Assembly: GCF_006345805.1 (NCBI RefSeq)
Contig: NC_043005.1
Coordinates: 92,876,001-92,940,000, forward strand
Source: Octopus sinensis
Taxonomy: Eukaryota
Length of the DNA stretch: 64,000 nt
Reading direction: 5' to 3'
Positions 1 to 13,974 of the stretch are shown here, one piece after another (within the stretch, counting starts at the first letter, position 1; each line of letters begins with the position of its first letter). The notes beneath the pieces were generated by a model. It did not search any database and was not told the origin of the DNA. It worked only from the letters and a program-made list of their open reading frames with translations. The position numbers were made by a program, and so were the translations under genes.

Positions 1-302
1 AGCTGAGAGCAATAGTCAAAGTGGCTTAGGACAAGTGTCCTCCAGAGGACCGTCATGGTTTCCTATTCCCTTGTTCTAATAGCTCTAATAATCCATCCGG
101 TCAGCTGCCTACATTTCATTGCCAATTTAGCAACATGCACATGGAAGGTTGCATCATTACTTATGTAAATACCCAGGTCTCGCACTGATTGTGCCTCTGG
201 GATTGCAATTCCTCCAGGTCTAGTGTAGTTATTGGGTATTGCATTTAGTTTTGCATGCTGATAGCATAAATCTTGAAACTTTTCAGCATTGAACTGAATG
301 CT
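1..302 (-). mobile_element. CR1-type LINE RT fragment (same family as 2081-3388), runs off the window edge
   Basis: Reverse complement of about 2490-2791 (e.g. agctgagagcaatagtcaaagtggcttaggacaag); ends abruptly in (TA)n at about 302. Confidence 0.9.
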
Positions 303-480
303 ATATATATATAAATAAGGATAAGATCATTAATTTAAAAATAAAACAACAAACTTATCAAGTGGTCAGCATGGAAAAAATAACCTTCAAAGGTAATAAT
401 TATTACAATTATATATTAGGGTATCTACGAGATACCACCATGCTGAAAATAGCAGCCATATATATATATGTATGTATGTG

Positions 481-582
<102 letters not shown>

Positions 583-616
583 TTATTTATATATATGTAT
601 GTGTGTGTGTAGACTC

Positions 617-828
617 AGCGTGCCGGGCGAAATGCTTAGCGGTATTCGTCTGTCGTTACGTTCTGAGTTCAAATTCCGCCAAGGTCGACTTTACCTTTCA
701 TCCTTTCGGGGTCGATAAATAAAGTACCAGTTTCGCACTTGGTGGTGGTGGTGGGGGGGGGCTCGATGTAATCGACTTAACCCCTTGTCTGTCCTTTACG
801 TTTAGCCCCTTGTGGGCAATAAAGAAAT
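617..828 (+). mobile_element. tRNA-derived SINE, family A (5'-truncated)
   Basis: B-box-like GAGTTCAAATTCC followed by the conserved body cctttcatcctttcggggtcgataaataaagtaccag; same body as the copies at 37.8-41.1 kb. Confidence 0.85.
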
Positions 829-831
829 ATA

Positions 832-881
<50 letters not shown>

Positions 882-962
882 GTGTGTGTATATATGTATA
901 TATATATATATATATGTATGTATGTGTGTGTATATATATATATGTATGTATGTATGTGTGTA

Positions 963-993
<31 letters not shown>

Positions 994-997
994 GTGT

Positions 998-1865
998 CAT
1001 CATCATCATCATCCTCATTTAACGTCCGCTTTCCATGCTAGCATTGGTTGGACGGTTCAACTGGAGTCTGGGGAGCCCGAAGGCTGCACCAGGCCAGTCA
1101 GATCTGGCAGTGTTTCTACAGCTGGATGCCCTTCCTAACGCCAACCACTCCGAGAGTGTAGTGGGTGATTTTATGTGCCACCAACACAGGTGCCAGACGA
1201 GGCTGGCGAACGGCCACGCTCGGATGGTGTTTTTTTTTTATGTGCCACCGACACAGGTGCCAGATGAGGCTGGCAGACGGCCACGCTTGGATGCTGTTTT
1301 TATGTGCCACCGACACAAGTGCCAGATGAGGCTGGCGAACGGCCACGTTCGGATGGTGTTTGTTACGTGCCCGGATGGTGTTTGTTACGTGCCCACAGCA
1401 CGGAGGCCAGTCGATGCGGTACTGGCTACGGCCACGTTCGGATGGTTTTCTTGTGTGCCACCGGCACTGGTACCACAAGATACAAATTCCATTGATATTC
1501 ATCTATTTTGATTTGGTTTGATTTTCACTTGCCTCAACAGGTCTTCACAAGTGTCATAAGAAGGAAGGTATGCACAGGTAGCCTGACTACGTCCCAGGTA
1601 GGGGCCATGGGTTATGGCCTGACTAGTCTTGCCGGGTCTTTGGATGGTGTTTTTATGTGCCACCAACACAGGTGCCAGATGAGGCTGGCGAACGGCCACG
1701 ATCGGATGGTGTTTGTTACGTGCCCACAGCACGGAGGCCAGTCGATGTGGTACTGGCTACCGCCACGTTCGGATGGTTTTCTTGTGTGCCACCGGCATTG
1801 GTACCACAAGATACAAATTCCATTGATGTTCATCTATTTTGATTTGTTTTGATTTGATTTGATTA
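998..1865 (-). mobile_element. RTE LINE 3' end (ORF tip + 3' UTR) with an internally duplicated UTR
   Basis: Reverse complement matches 33935-34556 (ORF end, ~60-bp UTR subunits, (GAT)n tail at about 998-1012); a UTR segment is repeated upstream of the ORF-end junction at about 1640. Confidence 0.9.
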
Positions 1866-1905
1866 TGAATTATTATTATATTATTATTATTATTATTATT
1901 ATTAT

Positions 1906-1974
<69 letters not shown>

Positions 1975-2015
1975 GTGTGTATATATATATGTGTGTATGT
2001 ATGTGTGTATATATA

Positions 2016-2050
<35 letters not shown>

Positions 2051-2080
2051 GTGTATATATATATGTATATATGTATGTCT

Positions 2081-3384
2081 GTGCTGAAACGACTGCTCAA
2101 CCACTCAAATGTGGAAGTCATATATCTCGACTTTGCAAAGGCCTTTGATAAAGTCGATCATGGAATGATATGTCACAAACTGTGTGATCTTGGCATAGTT
2201 GGAAAATTGGGAGAATGGCTTCATGTCTTTCTGAAGGATAGAAGTCAGGTGGTAGTAGCCAATGGGGCCACTTCCATTAACATGCAAATAGTGAGCGGTG
2301 TTCCGCAAGGCACTGTCTTGGGACCACTACTGTTCATAATGGCCCTCTCAGACATGCCCTCAGCCACGCAGAGAGCCACGATCACAAGTTATGCAGATGA
2401 TACAAAAGTTTCACAGGCAATACAGAACCCTGAAGACACCAAGCACCTGCAATGTGAGCTGGACAAAATATACAAGTGGGCTGAAAAGAATAGCATGCAG
2501 TTCAATGCTGAAAAGTTTCAAGCTTTATGCTATTAGCATGCAAAACTAAATGCAATACCCAATAAATACACTGGACCTGGAGGAATTGCAATCCCAGAGG
2601 CACAATCAGTGCGAGACCTGGGTATTTACATGAGTGATGATGCAACCTTTCATGTGCATGTTGCTAAATTGGCAATGAAATGTAGGTGGCTGACCGGATG
2701 GATTATTAGAACCTTTAGAACAAGAGACCAGGAAACCATGATGGTCCTCTGGAGGACACTTGTCCTAAGCCACTTTGACTATTGCTCTCAGCTATGGTCA
2801 CCATCCAGTGTCAAGTTAATCACAGAACTTGAGGTGATCCAACGAAGCTACATGAAGAAGATAGCCTCTGTGCAGCATATAAGCTACTGGGAAAGACTCA
2901 AGAGATTAAGACTCTATTCCTTAGAGCGTAGGCAAGAAAGATATGCCATAATATACATCTGGAAGATCCTGGAAAGGCTTGTCCCAAACTTTGGCATCGA
3001 GAGTTACACAGATACTAGAACTGGGCACCACTGCATAGTGCCAAGGACTCCAAATTTGCCATCAAGATGTAGGACAAGATACTGTGATAGCCTGGGCTTC
3101 AGAGTTCCACAGCTCTTCAATATCCTCCCGAAGGACCTGAGAGACCGGCATGGGGTGGATGCAGATGTCTTTAAAATAAAACTGGATCTCTTCCTGTCAG
3201 GTGTCCCAGATGAACCAACTTCACGGCAGGAGGTGCAGATGAAGGCAGCTGCATCGAACTCTCTCATACACCAAATGTCAATTGCTAAAAAGCATTCGTA
3301 AAGTAAGATCATGTAGCAACAGTGAATCGCAGTGCCCCAGCATGGCCACAGCTCGTGAGCTGAAACTAGATAAGATAAGATAAG

Positions 3385-3388
<4 letters not shown>
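2081..3388 (+). mobile_element. CR1-type LINE, 5'-truncated ORF2 (RT to C-terminus) with 3' tail
   Basis: [41 protein letters not shown] motifs; premature stop at 2534-2536; tail gccccagcatggccacagctcgtgagctgaaac(tagataa)n; both flanks are TA-rich microsatellite. Confidence 0.95.
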
Positions 3389-3432
<44 letters not shown>

Positions 3433-3647
3433 GTATATATATATGTATGTATCTATGTATATAAATGTATGTATGTATGTGTATTTGTATGTATGTGTAT
3501 ATATATATATAAGTATGTATATATATATGTATGTATGTGTATATATATATATGTATATATATATGTATGTATATATGTGTATATATATATGTATGTATGT
3601 ATATGTGTATATATATATTTATATTTATGTATGTGTATATATATATC

Positions 3648-4694
3648 GCTACTCTTCATAATTTACATAAACGACCTTTCCAGTGTCGTACATTACTGCA
3701 AAGTGAAAATATTTGCTGATGACACTAAACTCCAGCAAATCATCAATGAAGAAGCAGACCGAACTCAACTCCAGTCTGATCTATATGCTGTGAGTCAATG
3801 AGCAGACAGAAACAATATGCAACTGAACAAGGGAAAATTTGAGCTGATGCATTTTGGAAGAAATTCCTCACTAAAACAGCCATACTCTCTTCCTTCAGGG
3901 GAACCGCTCACAGCCTCTAACAATATCAGAGACCTGGGTGTAATTGTTGATGACGATCTCAGTTGGAGTGCCCACATCTACAAGAAGGTCGATATAGCTC
4001 GTAGGATGAGTTCCTGGATCTTAAGAACTTTCCGGTCCAGAGAACAAGGTGTCATCATACCACTTTTCTCCTCCTTTGTATGGCCACACCTCGAATACTG
4101 CTGCCCACTGTGGTCTCCCCATACAAGACAAAACATCTTGAGGATTGAGTCACCCCAGAGGGCACTCACTAAACGAATTGAAGGCATGGCTGCTCTCGAT
4201 TATTGGGATCGCCTTAAAGCCTTGAAACTCTACTCTCTCCAGCGTCACCATGAGCGGTACATCATTTGTACGATGTGGAGAATATACCACCAACTTTGCC
4301 CAAACGACCTGAACATTAGCTTCAAGGTTCATCCAAGACTGTGACTACGGGCCATACGTCCCCTGCCCAATTCAAGATCACAGCATACATGTACACTGCA
4401 ACATAATTTCTTTTCCTCAACAGGCCCTGCTCTATTTAACATTGTCCCAAAAAAGATCAAAGAGGAAAAGGATCCCATCAACTTTAAATGGAGTTTGGAT
4501 AGATTCCTTCAAAGAATACCAGATAAGCCACCCATAATTGGATACAACTCATCCAACAAATACTTACTACTTGAATGGACCATAAACAAAACTTGACTTA
4601 AACAGGATTCGAATATTCCTATCAGGTGGTGCTATTAAGTTAGACATGGCCTGGACCAATCTTTGGTCGAAACATATCTAAGTTTATCTAAATT

Positions 4695-4695
<1 letters not shown>
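3648..4695 (+). mobile_element. CR1-type LINE, second family, 5'-truncated ORF2
   Basis: [41 protein letters not shown]; in-frame TGA at 3798 and 4342; 3' UTR to about 4695, then (TA)n. Confidence 0.93.
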
Positions 4696-4727
<32 letters not shown>

Positions 4728-5928
4728 GCATATATATATGTAAGTGGATTCACAACGCTTAACTAAGAACATTGTCAGCCAGGTTACTGTGCAGGTAAAC
4801 AACACCTTGAAAGCCTATAATAGAATGACAGTGAATTCGTTTCAATTCAGATACACCTTGAATGCTTACACTTTAAAAAACCATGTCCAACAAAACTTCC
4901 CTACATTTGTGGGAACTGAAAATTCCAGTATTGTACTTGGCTAACAACAAACAATGCAATCTCTGTTTCCCACAAAGCCTAAAAATTCTCTTTCCCAAAG
5001 CTTCTCTTCTGAACAAATATTCCATATGTTTTCTTCATGCACAAGGTTCTTAAGACATAGAACCATTTCAAACCCATTAATTACCCTGAAAGGGTAATTG
5101 GTATATTAGTTTAAACTTTAATATGCCAAAGTTTTGACCCATAATCTCTCTTTTCCTTATTCTTTCCCATCTACCATATATACATATTTTTAAAAGTTGC
5201 ACCTGCAGACAAGTTGCACATTTGTTTTGCACACAACATTCTTGGCTTAGTAATTGATTTGCATAGAATTCGAAGAATATATTTATCAATACTGCTTATA
5301 TGTGCTTGGATGAAATTTCTATCTTAATATTCATAAGTAAACATATATTTCCCCCATCATATATCTAATGAAGCTACAACTAAATGAATCCTTTAGAAGC
5401 TATTAACAAATTAAATTCATGTTAATGAGCTCTTACTTCTTTATATTTAATATTTCAATTCTATTTTATTTAATTACATGTAACAATACATTTTATTAAA
5501 TTTTATTGCATCCAATTACAAAATAAGTAACACACTCCAACCGCACTGGCATGTTCACAACATCTCTATTTTTTTAAATTATATCAAATATATTCTTGTG
5601 TAAAACATGTTTGGAAGCTAATCAGGTGGGAGGGGGGCAAATTACATATTCTATACATATAATACACTCAGATGTTCTGCTCTACTTTCTATTAAGCAAT
5701 AATAACAAATGGTTACAATATTTAACTGGTTTCTCAGTTTGTCAATAAAGGATTTCACAAGTTTGTTTACCAACAGTAAATTTTGGGATTGTAGTCTGCC
5801 CTTCCCCCTCCACCCACACAACGGTTTTGCCATCGTGAAATCACTTGAGGAATTTTGGTATTATTTTGGAATCTGACAGTGTTGATAGCCCAGAACGTGG
5901 GTGGAGTGCTTCTCTGGAAATACTCTAT

Positions 5929-6300
5929 AGGTGCAAGAGTGGCTGTGTGGTAAGTAGCTTGCTTACCAACCACATGGTTCTTCTACTATAACCTCGGGCC
6001 GACCAAAGCCTTGTGAGTGGATTTGGTAGACGGAAACTGAAAGAAGCCCGTCGTATATATGTATATATATATATGTGTATGTGTGTGTATGTATGTTTGT
6101 GTTTGTCCCCCCAACATCGCTTGACAACCGATGCTGGTGTGTTTACGTCCCCGTAACTTAGCGGTTTGGAAAAAGAGACCGATAGAATAAGCACTAGGCT
6201 TACAAAGAATAAGTCCTGGAGTTGATTTGCTTGACTAAAGGCGGTACTCCAGCATGACCACAGTCAAATGACTGAAACAACTAAAAGAGTAAAAAGAGTA
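5929..6300 (+). mobile_element. tRNA-derived SINE, family B (internal deletion), with a CR1-like 3' tail
   Basis: Head gagtggctgtgtggtaagtagcttgc; body ccgaccaaagccttgtgagtggatttggtagacggaaactg; central microsatellite; tail gcggtactccagcatgaccacagtcaaatgactgaaac(aagagta)n; lacks the B-box segment present in 60172-60585. Confidence 0.88.
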
Positions 6301-8535
6301 CCTTTATACCCTACCAGAACCTAAGGTAAATTATAGAATTTAGAAAGTATTATACATCAGTGACAAAGGCTGAGAAGGTTTGAAGGCTTCTGGACTTCTT
6401 GCAAGTCACTGCTGAGATGGTGTTCACTTCATTTTAATATATATATCGTGTTTGTAACACCACATGTCTATGAAGAAATTTTCCCTCAGATAAAAACCAT
6501 AGCATTCTGCCTTTCAATGGTAAGAATGGTATACAGATGGCTATTTTTATTTAATGCTGCTTCAGTTGCATTCACTGAGTTTATTACAACCCAGCAAGGT
6601 TTATGCGATACCAGTGACTGTATTATTTACTGCTTCATATGTGTTGGAGGAAAGAGTTTAAGCATTTGGTGGGCAGATACACATCATTGACAAAGCCCAA
6701 AAAGGCTGGAATACATCTAGTGTTCTTGTGAGTCACTGCTGAGATGATGTTTGCCTTGCTACAATATATAATGTATTTTTAATACAGACAAAAACCACAG
6801 TATCGTGCCATTACGTTTTGAGAGCAGGCAGAATCATTAGCATGTTAGTGGAATTTCTTCCAGCTTTACATTCTGAGTTCAAGTTCAACCAAGGTCATTC
6901 TTTCTTTTAAGGTCAATGAAACAAATACCAGTTGAGCATTGATTGTCACTGAAGCTGAAAGAAAAGATGTATGCTGCAAATGTGAGACGCAGATATTGAA
7001 CATGAAGAAGCAGAGGAAGCTGGAAAGAATGGAGATGGCAGAGTATTGCAAGAAAAGCTTTAAATTTTTCTCTTTTTCTAAATCTTCCCTCAATTTATCA
7101 TCAAATAGCCACCAGCCTCCATTCCCTTACTAACATCCCTCAATTGTCTCCTTTTAGTTGTATCCATTGCATTTGAAATATCAAACCATTTGAGAAACTT
7201 TACATCAAAAATGCTCCGCCAAGTGTCAATAACTAATTTACCAATTTACAGACCTGGATATTTTAAGGCACCCTCATTTCATCAGTTCCTTGTTTACTGA
7301 AGCCATCTGTGTATTCCACATCTATCTGACAGGCATTTTAAAAAGCTTGTTGAGCAAAACATCCAATGGTTATAGAACTGATGAACATCCTTCTGAGATA
7401 AGAAAAAAAGCTAAAAAAGAACTTGTCTTTTAGTGTGGGATCAATTCTCTGCACATTTGTGCTCAGAACTGATGCCACATTAAAAGCAAATAGGTTGAAG
7501 CAAATGAAGATCCAAGCCTTTTTAGACTTATTTCATCCAGTCAAACATGTATTAAATTATTGTCTTATCATCCTTTGGAATGTGCTTTGACTCATTATAC
7601 GGAAAACTGTTCTCTGGTTTATTTGTTAAAAATTATCATAGATTTTAACTTAGCTCCATCAGTCATGCAAGCTAAAACTGATGAGAAAAATTGTTTCTCG
7701 TTTTAACAGAAACAGTGAATGATTGCTTAGCATATCAAGGAGTGTAAGCAGTTTATCCAAACTAATTACTGATAAATTATAGTCACCAAGTAGCTTTCTG
7801 TTATCAAAACTTTTGAAGCCTTTCAACTTTAACATCAATATCCTTTAGTAATTTGTAGGGTTTTTGTTTGTGAATTTGGTCCATCAGCTAATGCTTGGAA
7901 TTGTGTGATATAACATTTTGAATCTGTGGAAAGCAGGATTGCTTTGGTTTTAATCAACATACAATTTAACAATAAGTCCATTTAGTCTGCATGCACAAAT
8001 GCATAAATCCTATTCTAATTTCTTACTGGGAGAAAAGGCATTTAGTCAACCTCAATTTATTTTTTGGCAAGTTCTGAAAAATGTTTTCTATTTTCAAATG
8101 TCCCCAACCACTTTTTCATTTACTGAAAACTCCCTCTCAGGTCTATCATTGCCCTGCTCCTTGACATATCCAATAACATGCTATTTAAAACCAGTCTCAT
8201 ACCTCTCATTCTCTTGCATTTAGTACTCATCGGCAGAATTTTATTGAAAAATATTCAATGTATGAACAGCCTTTAATACTATAAACCTTTTACCATTGTT
8301 AAAACACACAACACTTGAGAAATTTAATCCAACAATGCAGTACATGAATTAGAAAATTACTATTTTTTAAATCTCACAACGTGAGATATTCAGCAACAGT
8401 ACTTTGGAGTAAAGATTGCTGTGAGAGTTAAAAAATAGTAATTTTCTAATTTATAAATCAGTGACTAGTTGTCACTTTGAAAACTATATATTTCAAGTGG
8501 GTATTTGGTAGCACCACCTCTAACAGAACAATTAT

Positions 8536-8580
8536 TCTGTGCTGATGAAGGGAAATAACCCAGAAATCGTGATACACAGA
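8536..8580 (+). ncRNA. Minimal type I hammerhead ribozyme motif (Penelope-like terminal-repeat type)
   Basis: TCTGTG-CTGATGA-a-GGG aaataa CCC-a-GAAA-TCgtGA-TA/-CACAGA: 6-bp stem I, intact core, 3-bp stem II closed by an A.A mismatch, very short stem III. Confidence 0.65.
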
Positions 8581-9308
8581 TATTGTTTTGAGCTGCGTAG
8601 GGTTGTTCGATTCCCTTGTTTGAAAATATAAGGACACAGATCATGTCGTATAGCCAGCTGGAGACGATGTCTCCTGGGGCTAAATTACAGCAACATTCGT
8701 CCTAAACCAGGAGTGCCATGTTATGTTGGCAAACAATCTTTACTACATTACAGTACATCCTTTACTCACTCATTCATAAAATATTTAATTTATGAAAAAT
8801 TATTGACATAATGTTACGTAGAAATAAACAAAACAAAATAAAGTAACTACTGACAGGGCCACTGCTCTCGCCCACGTGTATCTGATAATATTTAATGTCA
8901 AGAAAACATGTAAATTCTCTTGGTGTGTGTTTATTACCATATTTAATTAATCTCTAGAAACCAGAATCACATACATTGGTATTAAGCACTGTCAACAAAC
9001 CAACAAACAAACACATACAATAGTCAATGACTGCTTTTGGCATTTACCACATATTGTCATATTGTATATGTTTTCTATCTTCAGTTAGATATGCTGCATG
9101 CTGCTCTTTTCCAGTATATTTTCTTTAAAAAAAATGTGAGTTACAAACAAGTTCCTTGAACGCTAATACTTGCTTCTCCCCAGTTGTTTAATGCATGTGT
9201 ATGAGCGAAGATGTGAATGAAAGAAAAACAAATGGATTTCAGTCAGAATTTCCGACTATGAATGTTCATTGTATTAGTGTGTAAGTAGCTGAGTAGTCCC
9301 TAGAAGCA

Positions 9309-9458
9309 TCATCATTTAACATCCATTTTCCTTGCTGGCATGGGTTGGACGGTTTGACAGGATTCAGCAAGCTGCAGGACTGCACTGAGCTCAAGCTTCA
9401 ACTTTGGCAGGTTTTCTATGGTTGACTGCTCTTGCATATACACACACATGCACATACA

Positions 9459-9495
<37 letters not shown>

Positions 9496-9634
9496 GCACG
9501 CATGCATACATACATACATACATACATACATACATACATACATACATACATACATACATACATACATACATACATACACACACATGCACATACATACACA
9601 CACACACACACACATACATACATACATACATACA

Positions 9635-9667
<33 letters not shown>

Positions 9668-9760
9668 TGTTGTTGATGTTGAAATTCCAATGAAGGAGCT
9701 TTGGATCTAGGCTAGAAACCGGCTCTTTCTCTATTGGCAAGAAATGACATATCATACATA
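9309..9760 (-). mobile_element. RTE-type 3' tail fragments split by a (CA)/(TACA)n microsatellite at 9430-9664
   Basis: catcatcatttaacatccattttccttgctggcatgggttggacggtttgac matches the RTE tail family. Confidence 0.7.
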
Positions 9761-10075
9761 TATACTTTCATATATATATATATATATATATATAAAAACA
9801 TTACCAACCACACATACTCAGTGTATGCACTTTGCTTGTTTGTTGGTAGACTGGTTTTTTAGTGCAGTGGGGATGACACCCTTGTCTGACAATAGCTTAG
9901 CTGACTGAAACTTCGAAGTCACTATCAACAACATTCTTGTTTAAAAATAATAAATTTGTACTCTACAAAATCATAGAGTAACCCATCAGATGTATGCAAA
10001 ATTTTTTTTATTATAACTGAACATAAAGACCAACATTAATATATTATGTATATATGTATGTATATATGTATGTAT

Positions 10076-10107
<32 letters not shown>

Positions 10108-12904
10108 TTCTACACACACACACATACACACAGGGATGCATATGAGTGAGGGAAAAATGTTGCATTTATATTTTTTATCCCGTAGTAGAAAGCCTGTCTC
10201 CATAGTGTGCAGCATAGAGTAGTAACCAACTTAGATGAATTAGACAATAATTCATTTGCGATGTTAAATGTAGTTAATTGCTAGGATCTGATGACAAAAA
10301 CATGCAACTATAAGAAAATAATAATGTGTTGCTCTTAGATGCTACATTGCCTGTATTATTTTGTGAAAGGTGTTTTGATTGTGAATTAGAACCAGAATAT
10401 CTGTAAAGCAAACTAAGCATATAATTAAATAAATTCAGATTGTTAGAAGAGCAGTGGCAAATTATTTTGCAAGACAGCCTAAAGGAGTAGCCATGATGCT
10501 AGCATTAACACTCTGTTGTATTGCAGACACTCTTTTAAACATGATGTTATGTTTCATGAATGGGATTTAAATAAAATTGAATTAGTCTACACATTACAAT
10601 ATTATTTTTATTGTTCCATTAACTATGATTTCACCAATTATTTTTCTTTTTTTATTATTATACTGATCAAAGCATCTTGTAGCATTTTTGTCTTAGTATC
10701 AACTTTGTGCTCCAGACAAATTGTAGAATTCTGTTTTTGCTTCAATCTGAAATGAATCTACTTTGCTAGGGGCCTAAAACAGAAATGATACTAACTGCAT
10801 AAACTCTTCCTACAAGTTTTTCAGTCTTGTAAAATAATTTTTTTTTTGCTTAGTTCTTCTTTTGCCAAGGGTTTGTAACACTTTTAGAAAATTCAACTGA
10901 ACATCAGTTTTTGACTTTACTTCTTGCTGTCTGCAGACCCATGGAAACAGGCTCAATGGCCAACAGTATACAATGTGCATAAACTCATGGGATCTTTGAT
11001 GAGGCTGAAATTAAACTGTGAGCTGCATCCAAAATTAGAACTTTGAGCTGTATCAGCTCCCTGCCATATAAGTACTTTAACAGAGTTAAATGGCTACTCA
11101 ACAACATCAAATGTATAACGAATTTGATTCATAATTAGAATTGCTCCTAAAGTGATAATATACTAAATATTAAGTATGAAATAATTATATTTTACAAAGT
11201 TGTGGTTAATCGTTGGCCACCACTCGATTATAATCAAAACTTCTATAATTTTCATGCATATCACCAAACTGTTATCTCTCCATTATGAGATTTCATTCAA
11301 AGAGAGTCCATACTATTTCCCTCCTCAACTAAACTACTAGAATTTTTATAATTTTATAAAATCAGCCATATGAGTATCACTTGAAGTTCTTTGTTTAGTT
11401 TTCCATCCTAACTTAAAATTGAAGTCAGCAACCATGATTTCCAAGCAAGATTAATGTGTTTTTTCTTATAGAAGATTGGTTTGGAAGCCAGATAAATGAG
11501 ATAGGCACCTTCTATTGGTTTCAGCTGAAGAGGGTTATGCTTGACAAAAGACCATAAATGGAACCCTTCTGCAGGCAAGGACTAATTCAACCCTATTCAG
11601 GCAAAATGTACTGACTAAGAAGCAAAATGTTCATGACTTTGGGAAACCCTGCTAATGATGGGAGGATTATCAGCAATGCATTTGCATTTGCCAACATCAA
11701 GAGAAAGAGCTTGCAATTGTTTAAGTCACTCCTGTAGTTTCTGTTTGGGGAAAAGTATCTCTGATGTTTATTTCACCCATACATTTCTTGTGGCAGAGTA
11801 GAAAGCAGAGTAATCTATGATTTCAAAAGCTTGGAATACTATGCAAATGGGTGTAACAAGCTTTAACTGCATGATCTTGGGATCTGTGACCCAGAGCCTT
11901 AATGAACACTTCTTGCTGTACCTGTTCACATGCAAATATCCTGACATATGGAACTGTCTAATTCAAGGACAGTGTTTATGTAGAAGGAAATTCTTGGAGA
12001 AATGTTTTAAGGCAACCAAAGTAATAAGTGAGAAGATGACTCATCATGTGGAGAAGATGGTTAAAATCAGTTTCAGTACCACATGCTTTTCTTTCATCTC
12101 AAACAGAGTTAGAAACAGGAATAATAATAATGATGATAATAATAATAATAATAATAATAATAATTATAATAATAATAATAATAATAATAATATTAATAAT
12201 AATGATAATAAACAGCAACAATAAAAACTAATGAGAAAGAAATTAGTGTCAATGGGAAAATATTTTCAAACTACTTAGAATGGATAAAAGCCAAGTTTAA
12301 AGAACTATGCTAACGAGGGAATATTTGCCATTACTTTATTGCATAATCCAGAATGAAAATTATTAAATACTTAACTTGGAGCAAATGAAAGTATTTCAAG
12401 ATGAGAACCCTGGTACTAATGATCTTAGCTGCTAAAATTTGTTCTTTCAGGATGTCAGCATCTCTCTGACGTTTTTGTTTTCTTTTTCACTACCTGTTTT
12501 ATACAGATGGCTACCTTCCTGAAACAGTTATTTGAGATAGCATCGAAGTTGTTTCCTGTTTTCTTTCCCTCTTGGTATTATTTCTCAGTGATAGTGGGGC
12601 TAAACTGTGCATGCTTTCCAACATAACTTCTCTGGAAAAAGAAAAAAGAAGAAAAAGCGTCAGTTGTAGTTGCATCAGAAGTGGCCAAGAATAGAATTGA
12701 TATTAGAAGGAATAAACCAACAGCTGACTTGCATATTTACTGCTGCTTCTTAGATGAAAGACTGGCTGAGGAATGGAAAGCTGGGCAGGTCACCAAAGAA
12801 GCTTGTGTGTGTGTATATTATATTGTTCAGTTTCTTTATAAATGCATGCACTTTCTCAGTTATTTGTATATATCTAATACACTCTGTATGTGTGTATGTT
12901 TACG

Positions 12905-13200
12905 TATCTTCATGATCATCATCTTCACCACCACTGCCATCATCATCATCATCACCGTCGTCATTGTCATCATCATTTTACATCTGCTTTATTCATGCCT
13001 GCATAGACTGGACACTTCTGTATCGCTTTTTCATGATGTTCAAATTCCAGAGATGATAAGACTCCACAGCAACTCCTCATCTCTTCTTTGGTCTGTCACT
13101 GCTGCTGGTTCCTTCTACTTGAACTATTTGCCACTTCTTTGACCAATGGCTATCTTTCATAGGCATCACTTGCCTGTATCAAGTCACAAACTACATTTCC
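12905..13200 (-). mobile_element. Old, degenerate RTE 3' end
   Basis: Minus-strand translation VQVEGTSSSDRPKKR* resembles the RTE C-terminal VEGTCGRGRPRKTW; ends in (GAT)n. Confidence 0.5.
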
Positions 13201-13974
13201 ACCCATTTTTTTTTCTCTTGACTCATTTATGCACTTTAATATCTCACATCCAGCAGAACACACTCTCTTCATTTCTTTCCAGATCTTCACAAGTTTTCAG
13301 CCTACGGTTCTCTGCCCTTCATACACAAACCTCATTCACCCGTTATTTGGACAAAGAATACCTTTGTTACCAGCACAGGTAATCGCACCTTGAATTTTTC
13401 CTACTCCCTTCTCACTCTGATTTGTGTATGTGCCTGTATGTGTGTGTGTGCCTGTGCAAACGTATGTGCCTGTATGTGTGTTTATCATCATCATCATCAT
13501 CATCATCATCACCACTAACACCATCATCCCCATCATAGTTAGCAGTGGACACGGGGTTCTGACCACCACTACTGTCAGAAGCCATCAACTACATCTAGGG
13601 AGTACTTTGAAATAGTGAAAGAATTTTATTTTATTGGTGTCATAACTCTTCCAGCAATTCAATGGAACAGGAGTTTAGGACTCAGTTCTGTTTCATGCTT
13701 TTTGACCTTTCAGCAGGAATTATAGACAGAAGCTTTGTTCATTTTAGAATAATCATAGCATCCATGTTTATGAGTTCCAATGGAATACACAAACTAATAA
13801 AGATTTTTTTATTTATTTATTGGTCAGATCTGTTTCTTTAACTATTTTGAAAGATAACTTCAACTAGCAATATGTTTTCCTCCTTCACAAACCCTCAGCC
13901 ATACAACACTTCACGTCAAACACAAGCTTCATAGAATTTAACCCTCGACACTGAGGCACAGCCATCACCAACAG

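Noticed and set aside
1150-1480. Regularly spaced ~60-bp direct repeats resembling a CRISPR array
   Set aside because: No unique spacers, eukaryotic context, and they are subunits of the RTE 3' UTR
6866-8250. Coding-like segments on both strands (possible old transposase or pseudogene)
   Set aside because: Multiple stops and no identifiable motif
10938-11100. Weak resemblance of translated fragments (WPTVY; RTLSCI) to nucleoporin NUP188
   Set aside because: Short, in different frames with stops, and the order relative to another weak match at 13.3 kb is inconsistent; probably chance
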